This document shows positions 33,235 through 44,316 of a stretch of DNA of 64,000 nucleotides, in pieces (position 1 is the stretch's first letter; the number at the start of each line of letters is the position of its first letter). The stretch is taken from the NCBI GenBank assembly GCA_040766545.1, contig JAXGQH010000004.1, positions 2,157-66,156 on the forward strand, written 5' to 3'. Source of the stretch: Christensenellaceae bacterium. Its GTDB lineage: Bacteria; Bacillota; Clostridia; Christensenellales; Christensenellaceae. A program made the translations under genes and the position numbers. The notes under the pieces were generated by a model, which saw nothing but the letters and a program-made list of their open reading frames with translations, had not been told where the DNA came from and did no database searches.

Positions 33235-33971
33235 ATTTCATGTGCTCACCATTTTCCCCGAGATGTTTTGTTCCTTTACCGGGGCGAGCATATTAAAGCG
33301 GGCCATCGACGCCAATCTGATCGCCGTGCATCTGCACAACTTCCGGGATTACACGGAAGATAAGCACCGCCGGGTGGACGACGCGCCCTTTGGGGGCGGC
33401 GCGGGCATGCTGGTGGCGCCCCAGAGCGTGTTCGACTGTTTTCACGCGGTGGAACAAGCGGAGGAGGGAAAGAAGCGGATCAACGTCTATATGTCGGCGG
33501 CGGGAGTGCGGCTGACGCCCCTTCTCCTGGAGGAGCTGGCGGGCTATGAGGCCGTGAACATCCTCTGCGGGCACTACGAGGGCGTAGACCAGCGAATTCT
33601 CGATGAGAAGATCGATCTAGAAGTCTCCATCGGAGACTATGTGCTCACGGGCGGGGAACTCCCGGCCATGGTGCTCATGGACGGGGTGATGCGCTTCGTC
33701 CCGGGGGTGCTCGGGAACGATGAAAGCGCGGAGCGGGAGTCCTTCTCCTTCGACGGGCTGCTGGAATATCCCCAATACACCCGTCCGGCGGATTTTCGGG
33801 GTCTGAAAGTCCCGGAGGTGCTCCTGTCGGGACATCACGCCAACATACTCGGCTGGCAGCGGGAAAAGGCCGTTGAAAAACGGCAAAGAATCGGCCGGAT
33901 TTGCTCGAAAAGGCCAATCTCACGAAAAAGAGCGGGCGTTCCTGAAAGAATATGCTTGCAAAGACGAATAA
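33227..33971 (+). CDS. trmD: tRNA (guanine-N1)-methyltransferase (indels near the 3' end)
   Basis: VDDAPFGGGAGM, CGHYEGVDQR, SIGDYVLTGGE, EYPQYTRP. Confidence 0.95.
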
Positions 33972-33985
33972 AGCCGTGGTATAAT
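33956..33985 (+). promoter_or_regulatory. Promoter of rplS
   Basis: TTGCAA-18 nt-TATAAT with TG extension. Confidence 0.65.
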
Positions 33986-34001
33986 ACCACTTGTCTGTTA
34001 A

Positions 34002-34044
34002 CGAAGGCGGTCCGCTACCCGTTTGTCCGGGCATGAACGCTTGC
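34002..34044 (+). ncRNA. Ribosomal protein L19 leader (cis-regulatory RNA)
   Basis: aggcg-gtccgct...atgaa-cgctt stem with a CCGCU internal motif, just upstream of rplS; resembles the Firmicute L19_leader from memory. Confidence 0.65.
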
Positions 34045-34065
34045 AAAGAAGGGAGGAAACAGAAA

Positions 34066-34413
34066 ATGCAGGATTTAGTGAAATTTGTTGAAGCGTCTCA
34101 GTTAAAAACGGATTTGCCCCAGATCGAAATCGGCGATCTTCTGAAAGTTCATTTAAAAGTCGTGGAAGGAACCCGGGAAAGAATTCAGGTTTTTGAAGGC
34201 TTTTTAATCGGTAAAAAAGGCGGCGGTGTGCGGGAAACCATCACACTTCGCCGGATTTCCTACGGCGTGGGCGTTGAGAGGGTCATCCCCCTTCATTCCC
34301 CAAGGGTGGAGAAAATCGAGAAAGTGCGCAGCGGCAAGGTGAGAAGGGCCAAGCTCTATTATTTGAGAAGCAGGCTTGGAAAAGCCGCGCGGGTGGAAGG
34401 CAGAACGAAATAA
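34066..34413 (+). CDS. rplS: 50S ribosomal protein L19
   Basis: [30 protein letters not shown]. Confidence 0.98.
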   Translation: MQDLVKFVEASQLKTDLPQIEIGDLLKVHLKVVEGTRERIQVFEGFLIGKKGGGVRETITLRRISYGVGVERVIPLHSPRVEKIEKVRSGKVRRAKLYYLRSRLGKAARVEGRTK

Positions 34414-34424
34414 TTGCGGTCATC

Positions 34425-34457
34425 AAAAGGGCGTCCGGGGCGGGCTCCCTTTTTTTG
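34425..34457 (+). terminator. Terminator after rplS
   Basis: aaaaggg...ccc followed by a T7 run; imperfect stem. Confidence 0.65.
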
Positions 34458-34465
34458 TTGTCCAA

Positions 34466-34497
34466 AATCCCACTTTATTATATAATAAAGTGGGATT
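34466..34497. promoter_or_regulatory. Perfect 32-bp palindrome overlapping the MFS gene promoter (putative operator)
   Basis: aatcccactttattat|ataataaagtgggatt; spans the -10 TATAAT (34481-34486), with TTGTCC (34458-34463) 17 nt upstream. Confidence 0.7.
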
Positions 34498-34513
34498 GGA
34501 AAGGAAGAGGGAA

Positions 34514-35764
34514 ATGGACGAATTCAGCGAACTGGAACGTGTGTTGACGCCGATGGAAAAGCGGCGCAGGTACTGGCAGTTTTCGGCGCTTGAGATCGTG
34601 TACTGGTTTGCCATGGCGACGGCGGGGTACATGACGGTCTATTTAAAGGAGCTGGGTTTTTCGCCTTCGGAGATCGGGCGGACGTCGGCGATCAACTCGG
34701 CCATGGGCATATTCGCCGCCCCACTGTTCGGCATCGTGGCAGATAAGATCGGCTCGGTGAAAAAGGTGTTCATCACCTGCATCCTCACCGGCTCGCTCAT
34801 GTGGGCGCTCATACCGTTTACAAGCAAAGTGAGCGTCGGCGGGCTGGCGCTGTGCTTTATCGTCATCCCCGTGAGCTTTTTCTTCCGGAACCCGGCCAGC
34901 CACCTGGTGGACAACTGGGTGGTGCAGTCCACCAACAAGGAGGGGCTCAACTACGGCAACATCCGCCTCTGGGGTTCCATCTCCTACGCGGCTATGGCCT
35001 TTATTCTGGCGGCCATCCTCCCAAGCCTCGGGGTGGAGTGGACGTTCTACATGCTCTTCCTCCTCATCATCCCCATGACGATTGTGAGCGCGGGCATCAA
35101 GGACAGGCGCAAAATCACCGTACGGAAAAAATCCCTGCCGCTGAAAGAATTAAAAATCGGCAGATTGTTTAAAAACTATTATTACATGACTTACCTCATC
35201 TACGCGGTGGTTTTAAACATCCCCATGCAGACGGGGCATGTGTATCTGCCCTATCTCATCTCCCACGTAGGGGGAAATACGGCCCAAATCGGTATTATAA
35301 CCGGGTACAAGGCCATCCTGGAGATTCCCATGCTCTTCGCCATGCGGCCCCTCCGGAAGCGAAATTTTCCCTTATACGGCATGCTCCTCGGCTCGGCCGT
35401 GTTCTATATCCTGGAGATGTTTTTGTACTCCGGTGCCGTGAGCTTCTGGCAGCTGGTCATTATCTCCACCTTTTACGGACTGGGCGGGGGGCTTTCCATC
35501 GGCGCGTCGGCCAACTACATCTATACGCTGACGCCCCGGGAGCTGAAAGCCACGGCCCAGACGGTAAACGGTTCGGTCACGGCGGTGGCGGGCATCGTGG
35601 GCAATATGCTCGGCGGCTTTTTGCTGGAAAGCATCGGCATCGTCGAGTATTATAAGCTCGTGGGCCTCATCATGCTGGGGGCGCTCGGTTTCTTTGCCCT
35701 GAGCCTGTTCCTCGGGCGGAAGGTGTTTAAAATACCGCTGCCCCAGGTGGAGCACGTTTTATAG
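34514..35764 (+). CDS. MFS transporter (nucleoside:H+ symporter / MFS_1-like)
   Basis: About 12 hydrophobic segments; G.VADKIG motif; YGNIRLWGSI typical of NHS/HcaT-like MFS; EIPMLF. Confidence 0.88.
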   Translation: MDEFSELERVLTPMEKRRRYWQFSALEIVYWFAMATAGYMTVYLKELGFSPSEIGRTSAINSAMGIFAAPLFGIVADKIGSVKKVFITCILTGSLMWALIPFTSKVSVGGLALCFIVIPVSFFFRNPASHLVDNWVVQSTNKEGLNYGNIRLWGSISYAAMAFILAAILPSLGVEWTFYMLFLLIIPMTIVSAGIKDRRKITVRKKSLPLKELKIGRLFKNYYYMTYLIYAVVLNIPMQTGHVYLPYLISHVGGNTAQIGIITGYKAILEIPMLFAMRPLRKRNFPLYGMLLGSAVFYILEMFLYSGAVSFWQLVIISTFYGLGGGLSIGASANYIYTLTPRELKATAQTVNGSVTAVAGIVGNMLGGFLLESIGIVEYYKLVGLIMLGALGFFALSLFLGRKVFKIPLPQVEHVL

Positions 35765-35772
35765 GAGATCAT

Positions 35773-36627
35773 ATGAATGTAAACTGGTATCCCGGCCATA
35801 TGGCGAAAGCCAGGCGGGCTTTGAAGGACAAGCTGAAGCTCATCGACCTGGTGGTGGAGGTGCTGGACGCCCGCGCCCCGAGAAGCACCAAAAACCCCGA
35901 TTTCGACCAGCTCTTTTCGGGCAAGGAGCGGATGTATGTGCTGAACAAGGAAGATTTGGCCGACCCCGCCGTCACAAAACGGTGGCTTTCCCATTTTCGG
36001 GGGCAGGGGGCGTACGCCGTCTCTTACTCCGCCGCATCGGGCGACAAGCGGAAGCTCCTGCGGGAGATCGAAGCCGCGGGAAATGAGATATTCGAGCGTT
36101 ATCGGAAAAAAGGCGTGAACAAAACGGTGCGGGCGCTGGTGTGCGGCATCCCAAACGTGGGCAAGTCGGCCATCTTAAACAGGCTGGCCGGAGAGAGAAA
36201 GCTGAAAGAGGGGAACACGCCCGGGCTTACCCGAGGGCTTTCCTGGGTGAAGCTCACCCCTTATCTGGAGCTTCTCGACTCCCCCGGCCTCCTCTGGCCT
36301 AAAATAAAAGACGAACAGACGGGGGTCAAAATCGCCCTCTTGGGGAGCGTGCGCCAGGAGATACTGGACGAGGAGGCTTTTGCCCTCTATCTGGCGGGGC
36401 TTCTCATTGAAAAAGCGCCCGAGCTTTTAAAAGCCCGCTACAAGGCGGAGGAGCTTCCGGAGACGGGAACGGGCCTCATTGAACTCATCTGCAAAAACAG
36501 GGGATTTCTTTTAAAGGGAGGCGCGGCGGATTACGAACGGGGCTGCCTGACGCTGCTGGACGAGTTTAAAAACGGCAAAATCGGCCGGTTTTCCATGGAA
36601 AGCCCGGAGGAATACCAGCATGCATGA
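35773..36627 (+). CDS. rbgA: Ribosome biogenesis GTPase RbgA/YlqF
   Basis: NWYPGHMAKA, LNKEDL, GIPNVGKS, LLDSPG. Confidence 0.97.
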   Translation: MNVNWYPGHMAKARRALKDKLKLIDLVVEVLDARAPRSTKNPDFDQLFSGKERMYVLNKEDLADPAVTKRWLSHFRGQGAYAVSYSAASGDKRKLLREIEAAGNEIFERYRKKGVNKTVRALVCGIPNVGKSAILNRLAGERKLKEGNTPGLTRGLSWVKLTPYLELLDSPGLLWPKIKDEQTGVKIALLGSVRQEILDEEAFALYLAGLLIEKAPELLKARYKAEELPETGTGLIELICKNRGFLLKGGAADYERGCLTLLDEFKNGKIGRFSMESPEEYQHA

Positions 36628-37216
36628 GGATTTTTACAGACTGGAACTGGAATATGCGGAAAAAGGCCTCTATATGGCGGGCGCGGACGAGGCGGGGAGA
36701 GGCCCCCTGGCCGGGCCGGTGGTGGCCGCGGCGGTGATCTTGCCCACGAAGAGTTTCATCGAAGGGGTGGACGACTCCAAAAAGCTCACGGAAAAGAAGC
36801 GGGAACGGCTGTATCAGGAGATCGTCTCCCGGGCGGTGTGCTACGGCATCGGCGTGGCCGGCGTGGAGGAAATTGAGAGGCTCAATATCTTAAACGCCGC
36901 CCGGCTGGCCTTTCAGCGGGCCGTGGAGCAGCTGCGCCAGCCTTTTTACCTGTATGCGGACTACATCACCGGGCTGGAGCTGTCCTACACCCCCGTGAAA
37001 CACGGGGACGCGGAAATCTATTCCATTGCCGCCGCTTCCATTCTGGCCAAAGTCACCCGGGACAGGCTTATGCAGGATTACGGCGCGCTTTATCCGGAAT
37101 ACGGATTTCAGCAGCACAAGGGCTACGGCACGGCCGCCCATTTCGCGGCCATCGAGCAGTACGGACCCTGCCCCATCCACAGGCGGAGCTTTTTAAAGCG
37201 TGTGCTCCATGAATAA
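36620..37216 (+). CDS. rnhB: Ribonuclease HII
   Basis: GADEAGRGPLAGPV, DSKKL, AAASILAKVTRD, HRRSF. Confidence 0.97.
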   Translation: MHEDFYRLELEYAEKGLYMAGADEAGRGPLAGPVVAAAVILPTKSFIEGVDDSKKLTEKKRERLYQEIVSRAVCYGIGVAGVEEIERLNILNAARLAFQRAVEQLRQPFYLYADYITGLELSYTPVKHGDAEIYSIAAASILAKVTRDRLMQDYGALYPEYGFQQHKGYGTAAHFAAIEQYGPCPIHRRSFLKRVLHE

Positions 37217-37571
37217 CCGGGCACTGGGCAAAGAGGGCGAAGACGCGGCCGAACGGCATATTAAAAAAGAGGGCATGCGGGTGCTGGCGCGAAACTTTTT
37301 AATACGGGGCGGAGAGATCGACATCATTGCGGAAGAGGGGGATACGCTCGTCTTCCTGGAAGTGAAAACCCGGCGCAGCCGCTCCTTCGGCACGGGGGCG
37401 GAGGCGGTGGACGGGAAAAAGAAGCGGGCGCTTCTTCGGACGGCGGAGGCCTTTGCCGCCGGGGAGGGATTTCTCAACCGGCCCATGCGTTTTGATGTGG
37501 CGGATATTTATGTGGATGAAAATGGGAAGTATCATATAAACTATATTAAAAATGCCGACATGTGGGAGTAA
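37209..37571 (+). CDS. yraN: YraN family nuclease
   Basis: GKEGEDAA, GEIDII, FLEVKTR, RFDV. Confidence 0.93.
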   Translation: MNNRALGKEGEDAAERHIKKEGMRVLARNFLIRGGEIDIIAEEGDTLVFLEVKTRRSRSFGTGAEAVDGKKKRALLRTAEAFAAGEGFLNRPMRFDVADIYVDENGKYHINYIKNADMWE

Positions 37572-37573
37572 TT

Positions 37574-40500
37574 ATGCGTCAATCATTTAAAAAGCTGGCG
37601 GTTTTCCTGCTGGTTCTGCTGCTCACGCTGACCCCCGGGCGGGTGTTCGCCCTGGAAAACGGGGATCTGGACGTGTGGCAAAGCGGCCGGCCCGCCGGGT
37701 ATGCCCTCTATGTGAAAAACGCCGACTGGTCTTTGGAAGGGAACGCCGTCCGCCTGACGGTGGACGAGAAGGGTTTCGCCCTTTTAAGCCAGGAACTGGC
37801 GCTGGAGGCGGACAGCTGCTACGTCCTCTCCGCAAAGGTGCTGGCGGAAAATGTGGCGGGCGGCCCTCCGGGCGTCCATTTGGGTATCGACGGGCAGCTG
37901 GCGGCCACCGAACCCCTCTACGACACGGGCGGGGAGTGGGTCGCTTTAACGCTCAACCTGCGCACAAATAAAGACGCGAGCCAAACCTATGTGTTCCGGG
38001 TGGGCATGGGCGCGGAAAACGACCAGTGCACGGGCACGATGTACGTAGGCCACATCACCCTGGAAAAAGTGGAGAAGTTTGCCGAAGGGACAAGTTCTTT
38101 CACCCTTGTGGGCAGCCTTTCGACGGATCAGGACTTTTCGCCCATTCTCATCAGCTCGGGGACGATCGAGCGGAAAGACCGGATCGCCCACGAGCGGGAG
38201 GGCATCTCTTACGATCATTTGGGTGCGGCGCTGTTTGCCACGCTCTTGTGCGCGGCGTTTTATCTGGCTTTCACGGGCAAGTGGGCGGGGCGGCTTGCCC
38301 GCTTTGCCGGAGGCAGATGGGTGTTTTACGGCTTGTTTGCCGCCGCGGCTCTTTTAAGAATTTATATCACCTTTAAATATTCAGGCTATACGGATGACAT
38401 GTCCGCCCTTAAAAACGCGGCTATCAGCGCTTATGAAAACGGCCTTCCCGCCTTTTACGCTTCCGCCGCTTTTTCGGCTTACCCGCCCCTGTACGCCCTG
38501 CTTCTCTACGTGGCCGGGGCGCTTCGAAGCATCTTTTCCCTCTCCCTCGACTCGGCGGCTTTCGGGCTGCTGCTCAGGTGTCCGGCCAGGTCGGCCGATC
38601 TGCTTCGCCCTCTCCTGCACAAAATCACTGCCCGCAAGCTTAACAAGAGCACGGCGGTCTTAATGGCGGGCATGGCGCTCTTGTGCCTGTGTTCGTTCGA
38701 TTCCGGCCTCATCGCCGGAAAAGGGGAGCCCCTTCTGCGCTTTCGTTTTTGGCCAGGCGTCTTTATCTCGGATCAGAAAAAAGCGCGTGGCCTGGCGGTC
38801 CTTTTGACTCTGGCGTTCCTCGAACGTATGGGCGCTGGCTCTGTGCCCCTCTCTACCCTTTGTGCTCGTCCGGGACGTTTTGCAAGAGAGCGGCGGAAAA
38901 AAAGTCCTCCTCCAGGCGCTTTATATGCTCCTTGCCTCGGCGGCGGCCTACATCCTCATTTCGCCTTTCTTGAAGGGCAATTGATTTTTTACGTCTTTCA
39001 GAACTGCGTCGGAGGATACGCCCGGAAAGTTCTTCACGTTCAATATTGTGAGCCTCACGGGAAACAATCTGGTGATCGCGGGCATACCGGCGCCCTCTCC
39101 CTGCTGGCCGCCTGCGTGTTTTACTGCAAGACGAAAGACGTGTTCCTCACGGCCTCCGCCTTGCCATGGGCGTGTTGACGTTTACTTTTGCGGAAGCGGA
39201 AAACCGCATACTGGCAGCCGCATTGCCGCCACCGCCGCCGTGCGCAATTCCGCGCCTGCTGCTCTCCGCTCTTGCGCCTCTGCTCCGCCGGGCTCCTGAA
39301 CCTTTACGGCATCTACGCTTACGGCCCCGCTCAGGTGCCCTTTTCCATGCAGTTTGTGCTGGCGCTTCTCAGCATGGCCGCCTTCTTTTACTATGCCTTT
39401 GCGGTGCTCCAGTCAAGAAGGGCGGACGGCCTGAAAGTGGAGCCCGTGGAGCGCATGAGCTTTCACAGGCGGGCCTGCCAGGCGGCGGAAGCCCGGCTGG
39501 CGGAACCCACCCAAAAAGAAAAGCTCATCGGCAGGTGGGACGTGCTCCTTATGCTCCTCATCACCGCCGTTTACGCCGTCGTTGCCTTCGAAACCCGGGA
39601 GCACCAACATACCCGAAGAGGGGACGGTGTTTCAAGACGGGGAGAGCGCAGTGGCCGTGATCGAGCTTGCGGAACCGGCGGAGGTGGGCCAGCCTCGGCG
39701 ATACACGGGTTACTGCCAGGGCACCTTCCGGGTCTATTATTCCCTTGACGGGGAGGGCTACACGGAAGTGTCTCAGGGGCTGGTGAATCACCAGTACCGC
39801 CTCATGTTCCGCTGGGAGATGGTGGGATATATGGGATGAGATCAAATACGTTAAGCTGGTGTATTCGTCGGGCACGCTGGAACTCCGCGAAGTGGGCGTG
39901 TTCGACCAGCAAAACCATCGCCTGCCCGGTGAAATCCGCCAGTCTCCATTGAAAGGGGAAGTGGCAGACGCGGATTATCTGATCGACGAGCAGAATGAAG
40001 TCTTCTTCGAAACCACGGACTACATGACCGAGATGTATTTTGACGAGATTTATCACGCCCGCACGGCTTTCATGAATACATGCACGGCATCTACCCCTAT
40101 GAAATCACCCATCCGCCTCCTTTGAAGAGCATCATTACGCTCGGCATCCGGCTCTTTGGCTTTAATCCCTTCGGCTGGCGGTTTATGGGCGTCGGGCTCT
40201 TTTTGGCGTGCTCATGCTGCCTGTCATTTACCTGTTCGCAAAAATGCTGCTGAAAAAGAGGGTCTTTGCCGCCGCGGCCGCCATCCTTTTTGCCGCCGAC
40301 TTTATGCATTTCAGCCTGACCCGCATCGCCACCATCGACAGTTACAGCATCTTCTTCATCCTCCTCATGTACCTATTCATGTACCGGTATACGCAGCAGT
40401 CAATCTCAACAGGGATTCTCGTAAAAGGGCTTGCTGCCCTCGCCCTGTCGGGGGTGTTCTTTTGCTCGGAGCGGCCAACAAGTGGATCTGCATCTACGCC

Positions 40501-41275
40501 GAGGCGGCCTCGCCATACTCTTTTTTCCAGAGCGTGTACAGCCGCTATCAGGAGTATCTCTACGCGAAGGAAGCGGGCTCGGGGACGCGGTTCCTCTATA
40601 AAAAGAAGCTCTGGACGACGCTGTTGTTCTGCGTGGTGGTGTTCATCCTGATCCCCGTATTCGTATACTGCCTGTCTTATATTCTCTATGAGCTCACTCC
40701 GGGCAGCTTCGGATCAAGGGCATCCTGGAAAACCAGAAGTACATGCTGAGCTACCACGGCAAGCTGGCCACGGAAAAGCTCCACTCTTATCAGAAGGTCG
40801 GGGGGCATATACCTATTCTTTACCATTCGGCCCGTCTTCTTCTTTCCGGGCGGACGGCACCCCCGAAGGCTACGCGGGCGTGCTCTGGTGCATGGGGAAC
40901 CCGCTTATCTGGATAGGCGGCCTTCTCTCCATCCTCTATCTCATCGGCATACGGAAGAGCGGGGAGGGGAGCTTAAAATTCAAAGGGCTGCCTTTTATAA
41001 GCGTGGCCGCCCTCATGGGATATTTACCCTCGGATGCTTGTCACCCGGGAAGTTTTCTATATGTCATTATTGCGGTGGTGCCCTTCCTGATTTTGATCAC
41101 GCTCTATGCTTTCCGGCATCTGATTGAAAATTACCCCTGGGGCAGGAAGGCTTTCTATGCCTATGTGGCTCTTGCGGTGATACTCTTTGCCGCCTTTTAT
41201 CCCGCCAACACGGGCATGCTGGCCAGCAAGGATTGGCTCTATCTCATCCAGTGGTACCCCACCTGGCCGATCTGA
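37574..41275 (+). CDS. Large membrane GT-C glycosyltransferase (N-terminal carbohydrate-binding-like domain, a first GT-C module and a C-terminal PMT/GT39-like module); heavily frameshifted
   Basis: Signal peptide; GYTDD...AYPPLY; later MYFDEIYHARTA, EITHPP, FGWRF, DFMHFSLTRIATID, MGNPLIW across frames. Confidence 0.75.
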
Positions 41276-41285
41276 TGGGAGGATT

Positions 41286-41708
41286 ATGAAACTAAAAAAA
41301 GCGGAGCTTTGGCAGTTTCTGAAATTCATGTTTTGCAGCCAGGCGGCATGGCTGTGCGACCTTGCCGTCTTTACGATTCTGTATCAGGTGAGCGGCGTGC
41401 ACGAAGTGCTCTCCAAAGCTGCTTCCTATACCGTGGGCGCAGTGGTGAGCTATCTGCTCAACCGGAAGTTTACCTTTATAAAGAGCCGGGGCAAAAACAC
41501 CCTGGTCAAGTTCATCATCGTCAATCTGGCGGCTCAGACGATGTCTCTCACTTCGATGTACGTGTTCAGCAGTCTGCTCAACATGGAGGTGTGGCTGGTG
41601 TACTTCATATCCATTGCGTTCTCCTTCTCCACCAACTATCTCGGGAATAAGTTTTGGGCGTTCCGGGAAAAGCGGAAGGAGGAACGGGATGCTTGCGCGC
41701 GTGCTTAG
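41286..41708 (+). CDS. GtrA family membrane protein
   Basis: QFLKF, SYLLNRKFTF, NYLGNKFWAF; four TMs. Confidence 0.88.
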   Translation: MKLKKAELWQFLKFMFCSQAAWLCDLAVFTILYQVSGVHEVLSKAASYTVGAVVSYLLNRKFTFIKSRGKNTLVKFIIVNLAAQTMSLTSMYVFSSLLNMEVWLVYFISIAFSFSTNYLGNKFWAFREKRKEERDACARA

Positions 41709-43215
41709 CTGCGGGCTTTCGGGGCTGGCTGGCTATCCGGTTTACGTGGAAGTGGATCATTCCGCCGGCCTTCCCTATTACGAAATCGTGGGTCTGCCCG
41801 ACGCGGCCATGAAAGAGAGTAAGGAGCGGGTGCGCTCGGCCATCAAGAACAGCGGGTTTGAATACCCCGTGAGCAGGATCGTGGTGAACCTGGCCCCGGC
41901 GGATCAGCGGAAGGAAGGGCCCATTTACGACCTGGCCATTGCGGCGGGCATCCTGTTCGTGACCGGGCAGGCCAGGCCGGGAGAGCTGGAACAGGCGGCC
42001 TTTCTGGGCGAGCTTTCCCTGGACGGCAAAGTGCGGCGGGTGAGCGGCGTGCTTCCCATGGTGATCGACGCGAAAAAACGGGGCGTTCAAACCATCGTGC
42101 TGCCCTTTGAAAACGCCGAAGAGGCGGCTTATGTGGAGGGTATGGACATTCTGCCCGTGCTTGATCTGTATGAACTGGCGGAATTTTTAAACGGCCAAAA
42201 ACCCCTCCCTTTCGCGCCTCCCATGCGCTACAAAGAAGTTCCTTTGAAGGAAGAGGCGGATTTTAAGTATATTAAGGGACAAAAAGCGGCAAAGAGGGCG
42301 CTGGAAATCGCCGCCGCCGGCAATCACAATGTGCTTCTGATCGGGCCGCCCGGCTCGGGAAAGACCATGCTGGCCCGGGCCGTGCCCTCCATCATTCCAA
42401 ACCTCAGCTTTGAGGAGGCTCTTGAAATCACCAAAATACACTCCGTGAGCGGCGAGCTGAAAGAGGGCATCATTTCGAGGCGCCCCTTTCGAAGCCCGCA
42501 CCATTCCGCGTCTACCGCCGCGCTTACGGGCGGCGGCCAGCGGGCGAAGCCGGGGGAAGTGAGCCTGGCCCACGGAGGCGTGCTGTTTTTGGACGAGCTT
42601 CCCGAATTCAAGCGGGAGACGCTGGAGGCGCTCCGCCAGCCCATAGAAGACGGATTTGTGTCCGTCGCCCGGGTGAACGTGAAAGTGGAATACCCCGCCC
42701 GGTTTATGCTGGTGGCCTCCATGAACCCCTGCCCCTGCGGAAACTATGGGGACCCGGAGCGGGCGTGCCGTTGCACGCCCCACGAGATCGCCCGGTATCT
42801 TTCCAAAGTGAGCTCGCCCCTTCTCGACCGGATCGACATGCACATCGAAGTGGCCCGGCCCAAGTATTCCGAGCTGGAAAAGTCCTCCCATGAGGAGAGC
42901 TCGGCGGACATCAAGGCTCGGGTGGACAGGGCCCGGGAAATTCAGTTGAACCGGTATCGGGGAGAGGGCATTTATTCCAACAGCCAGCTCAAGGGAGATT
43001 TGTTTGAGCGGTACTGTCCCATCGGAAAAGCCGCCGCGGCGCTGCTGCGGGCCGCTTTTACCAGCATGCACATGAGCGCCCGGTCTTACAGGCGGATCCT
43101 CATGGCCGCCCGCACCATCGCCGACCTGGAGGGGAGCGGGGACATCAAGGAAGAGCACATTGCCGAAGCGATTCAATACCGCACACTGGACAGAAAATAT
43201 TGGGGAGGTTACTGA
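41689..43215 (+). CDS. comM: YifB/ComM family Mg-chelatase-like AAA+ ATPase
   Basis: IVGLPDAAMKESKERVR, VNLAPAD, GPPGSGKTMLA, PFRSPHHSAS, FLDELPEF, NPCPCG. Confidence 0.95.
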   Translation: MLARVLSCGLSGLAGYPVYVEVDHSAGLPYYEIVGLPDAAMKESKERVRSAIKNSGFEYPVSRIVVNLAPADQRKEGPIYDLAIAAGILFVTGQARPGELEQAAFLGELSLDGKVRRVSGVLPMVIDAKKRGVQTIVLPFENAEEAAYVEGMDILPVLDLYELAEFLNGQKPLPFAPPMRYKEVPLKEEADFKYIKGQKAAKRALEIAAAGNHNVLLIGPPGSGKTMLARAVPSIIPNLSFEEALEITKIHSVSGELKEGIISRRPFRSPHHSASTAALTGGGQRAKPGEVSLAHGGVLFLDELPEFKRETLEALRQPIEDGFVSVARVNVKVEYPARFMLVASMNPCPCGNYGDPERACRCTPHEIARYLSKVSSPLLDRIDMHIEVARPKYSELEKSSHEESSADIKARVDRAREIQLNRYRGEGIYSNSQLKGDLFERYCPIGKAAAALLRAAFTSMHMSARSYRRILMAARTIADLEGSGDIKEEHIAEAIQYRTLDRKYWGGY

Positions 43216-43216
43216 C

Positions 43217-44304
43217 ATGCTTGCCGACTATGAAAAGCACTGGTACTGGCTGGCCTCCGCGCCGGGCATGAGCTTTGAGAAAATCGTCCTGCTGGTGCAG
43301 GACGGCGTCCGGCTGGAAGAGCTGTTTTCTCATCCCGAGCGGATTGATTTTTCCCTTCACAAGCTCCTCCCCGCAAAGGAAAACCTGCTGCGGCGGGCGC
43401 ATATGGACGTGATCGAGCAGGAGCTTTCGGAGCTTTCCAAAAAGCAGGTGAGCGTTTTAACCATACTCAATAAGAATTACCCCCTTTCCCTGAAGGAGAT
43501 CATGCAGCCTCCGGCCATGCTCTATGTGAAAGGGGATATTGCCCGGCTGACGGCCAAGGCCGTCACCATGGTGGGGAGCCGGTCTCCTTCCAGAAGCGGG
43601 TTTAAGAACGTCCGCCGCATCGCAAAGGAGCTGGCGCAAAGCGGCGTCACCATTATTTCGGGCATGGCGAGGGGCATCGACAGCGCCTCCCATCTGGGCG
43701 CGCTGGACGGCGGGGGCGTGACCGTCGCCGTGCTGGGCTCGGGCGTGGACGTGGTATATCCAAGGGAAAACAGGAAGCTTTATGAACAGATCATCAAAGA
43801 CGGCGCGGTTTTGAGCGAATATCCTCTCGGCATGCCGCCTCTTGGCACCAACTTTCCCATCCGCAACCGGATCATGAACGGCATGGGCCGGGCGGTGATC
43901 GTGGGAGAAGGCGGGCTAAAAAGCGGCACCAGCATCACCGTGCGCCACGCGGGGGAGGAGAACAGGGACATTTTCGCCGTGCCTTCGGAAGAAAAAGAAG
44001 ACCGGTATCAGCTTCCGAACAAGCTGATCTTGGACGGGGCGTTTCCCTGCCGGGAGGCGAAAGACGTGCTCTCTTATTACGGGTGGGACGCGCTTCAGGC
44101 GCCCGCCCAGGAGAATAAAAAGCCCGCTGGGCTTGATTTTTGAAGGCCGCCTGTATAATCTGCTTTTAAAGGGCGATATGGGCTTGGAAGAGCTGATGGA
44201 GCAAACAGACTCGACGAAGACCGTGAATCTGACCCTGACCAAGATGGAAATCAAGGGCTTTGTCGGAAAGGCTGGCCGGAAATAGATTTGGCATAAAAAA
44301 CTGA
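43217..44304 (+). CDS. dprA: DNA-processing protein DprA (indel near 44140)
   Basis: VGSR, ISGMARGID, AVLGSGVDVVYP, FPIRNRI; C-terminal wHTH in a shifted frame. Confidence 0.92.
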
Positions 44305-44316
44305 CGACCGGAGGAA

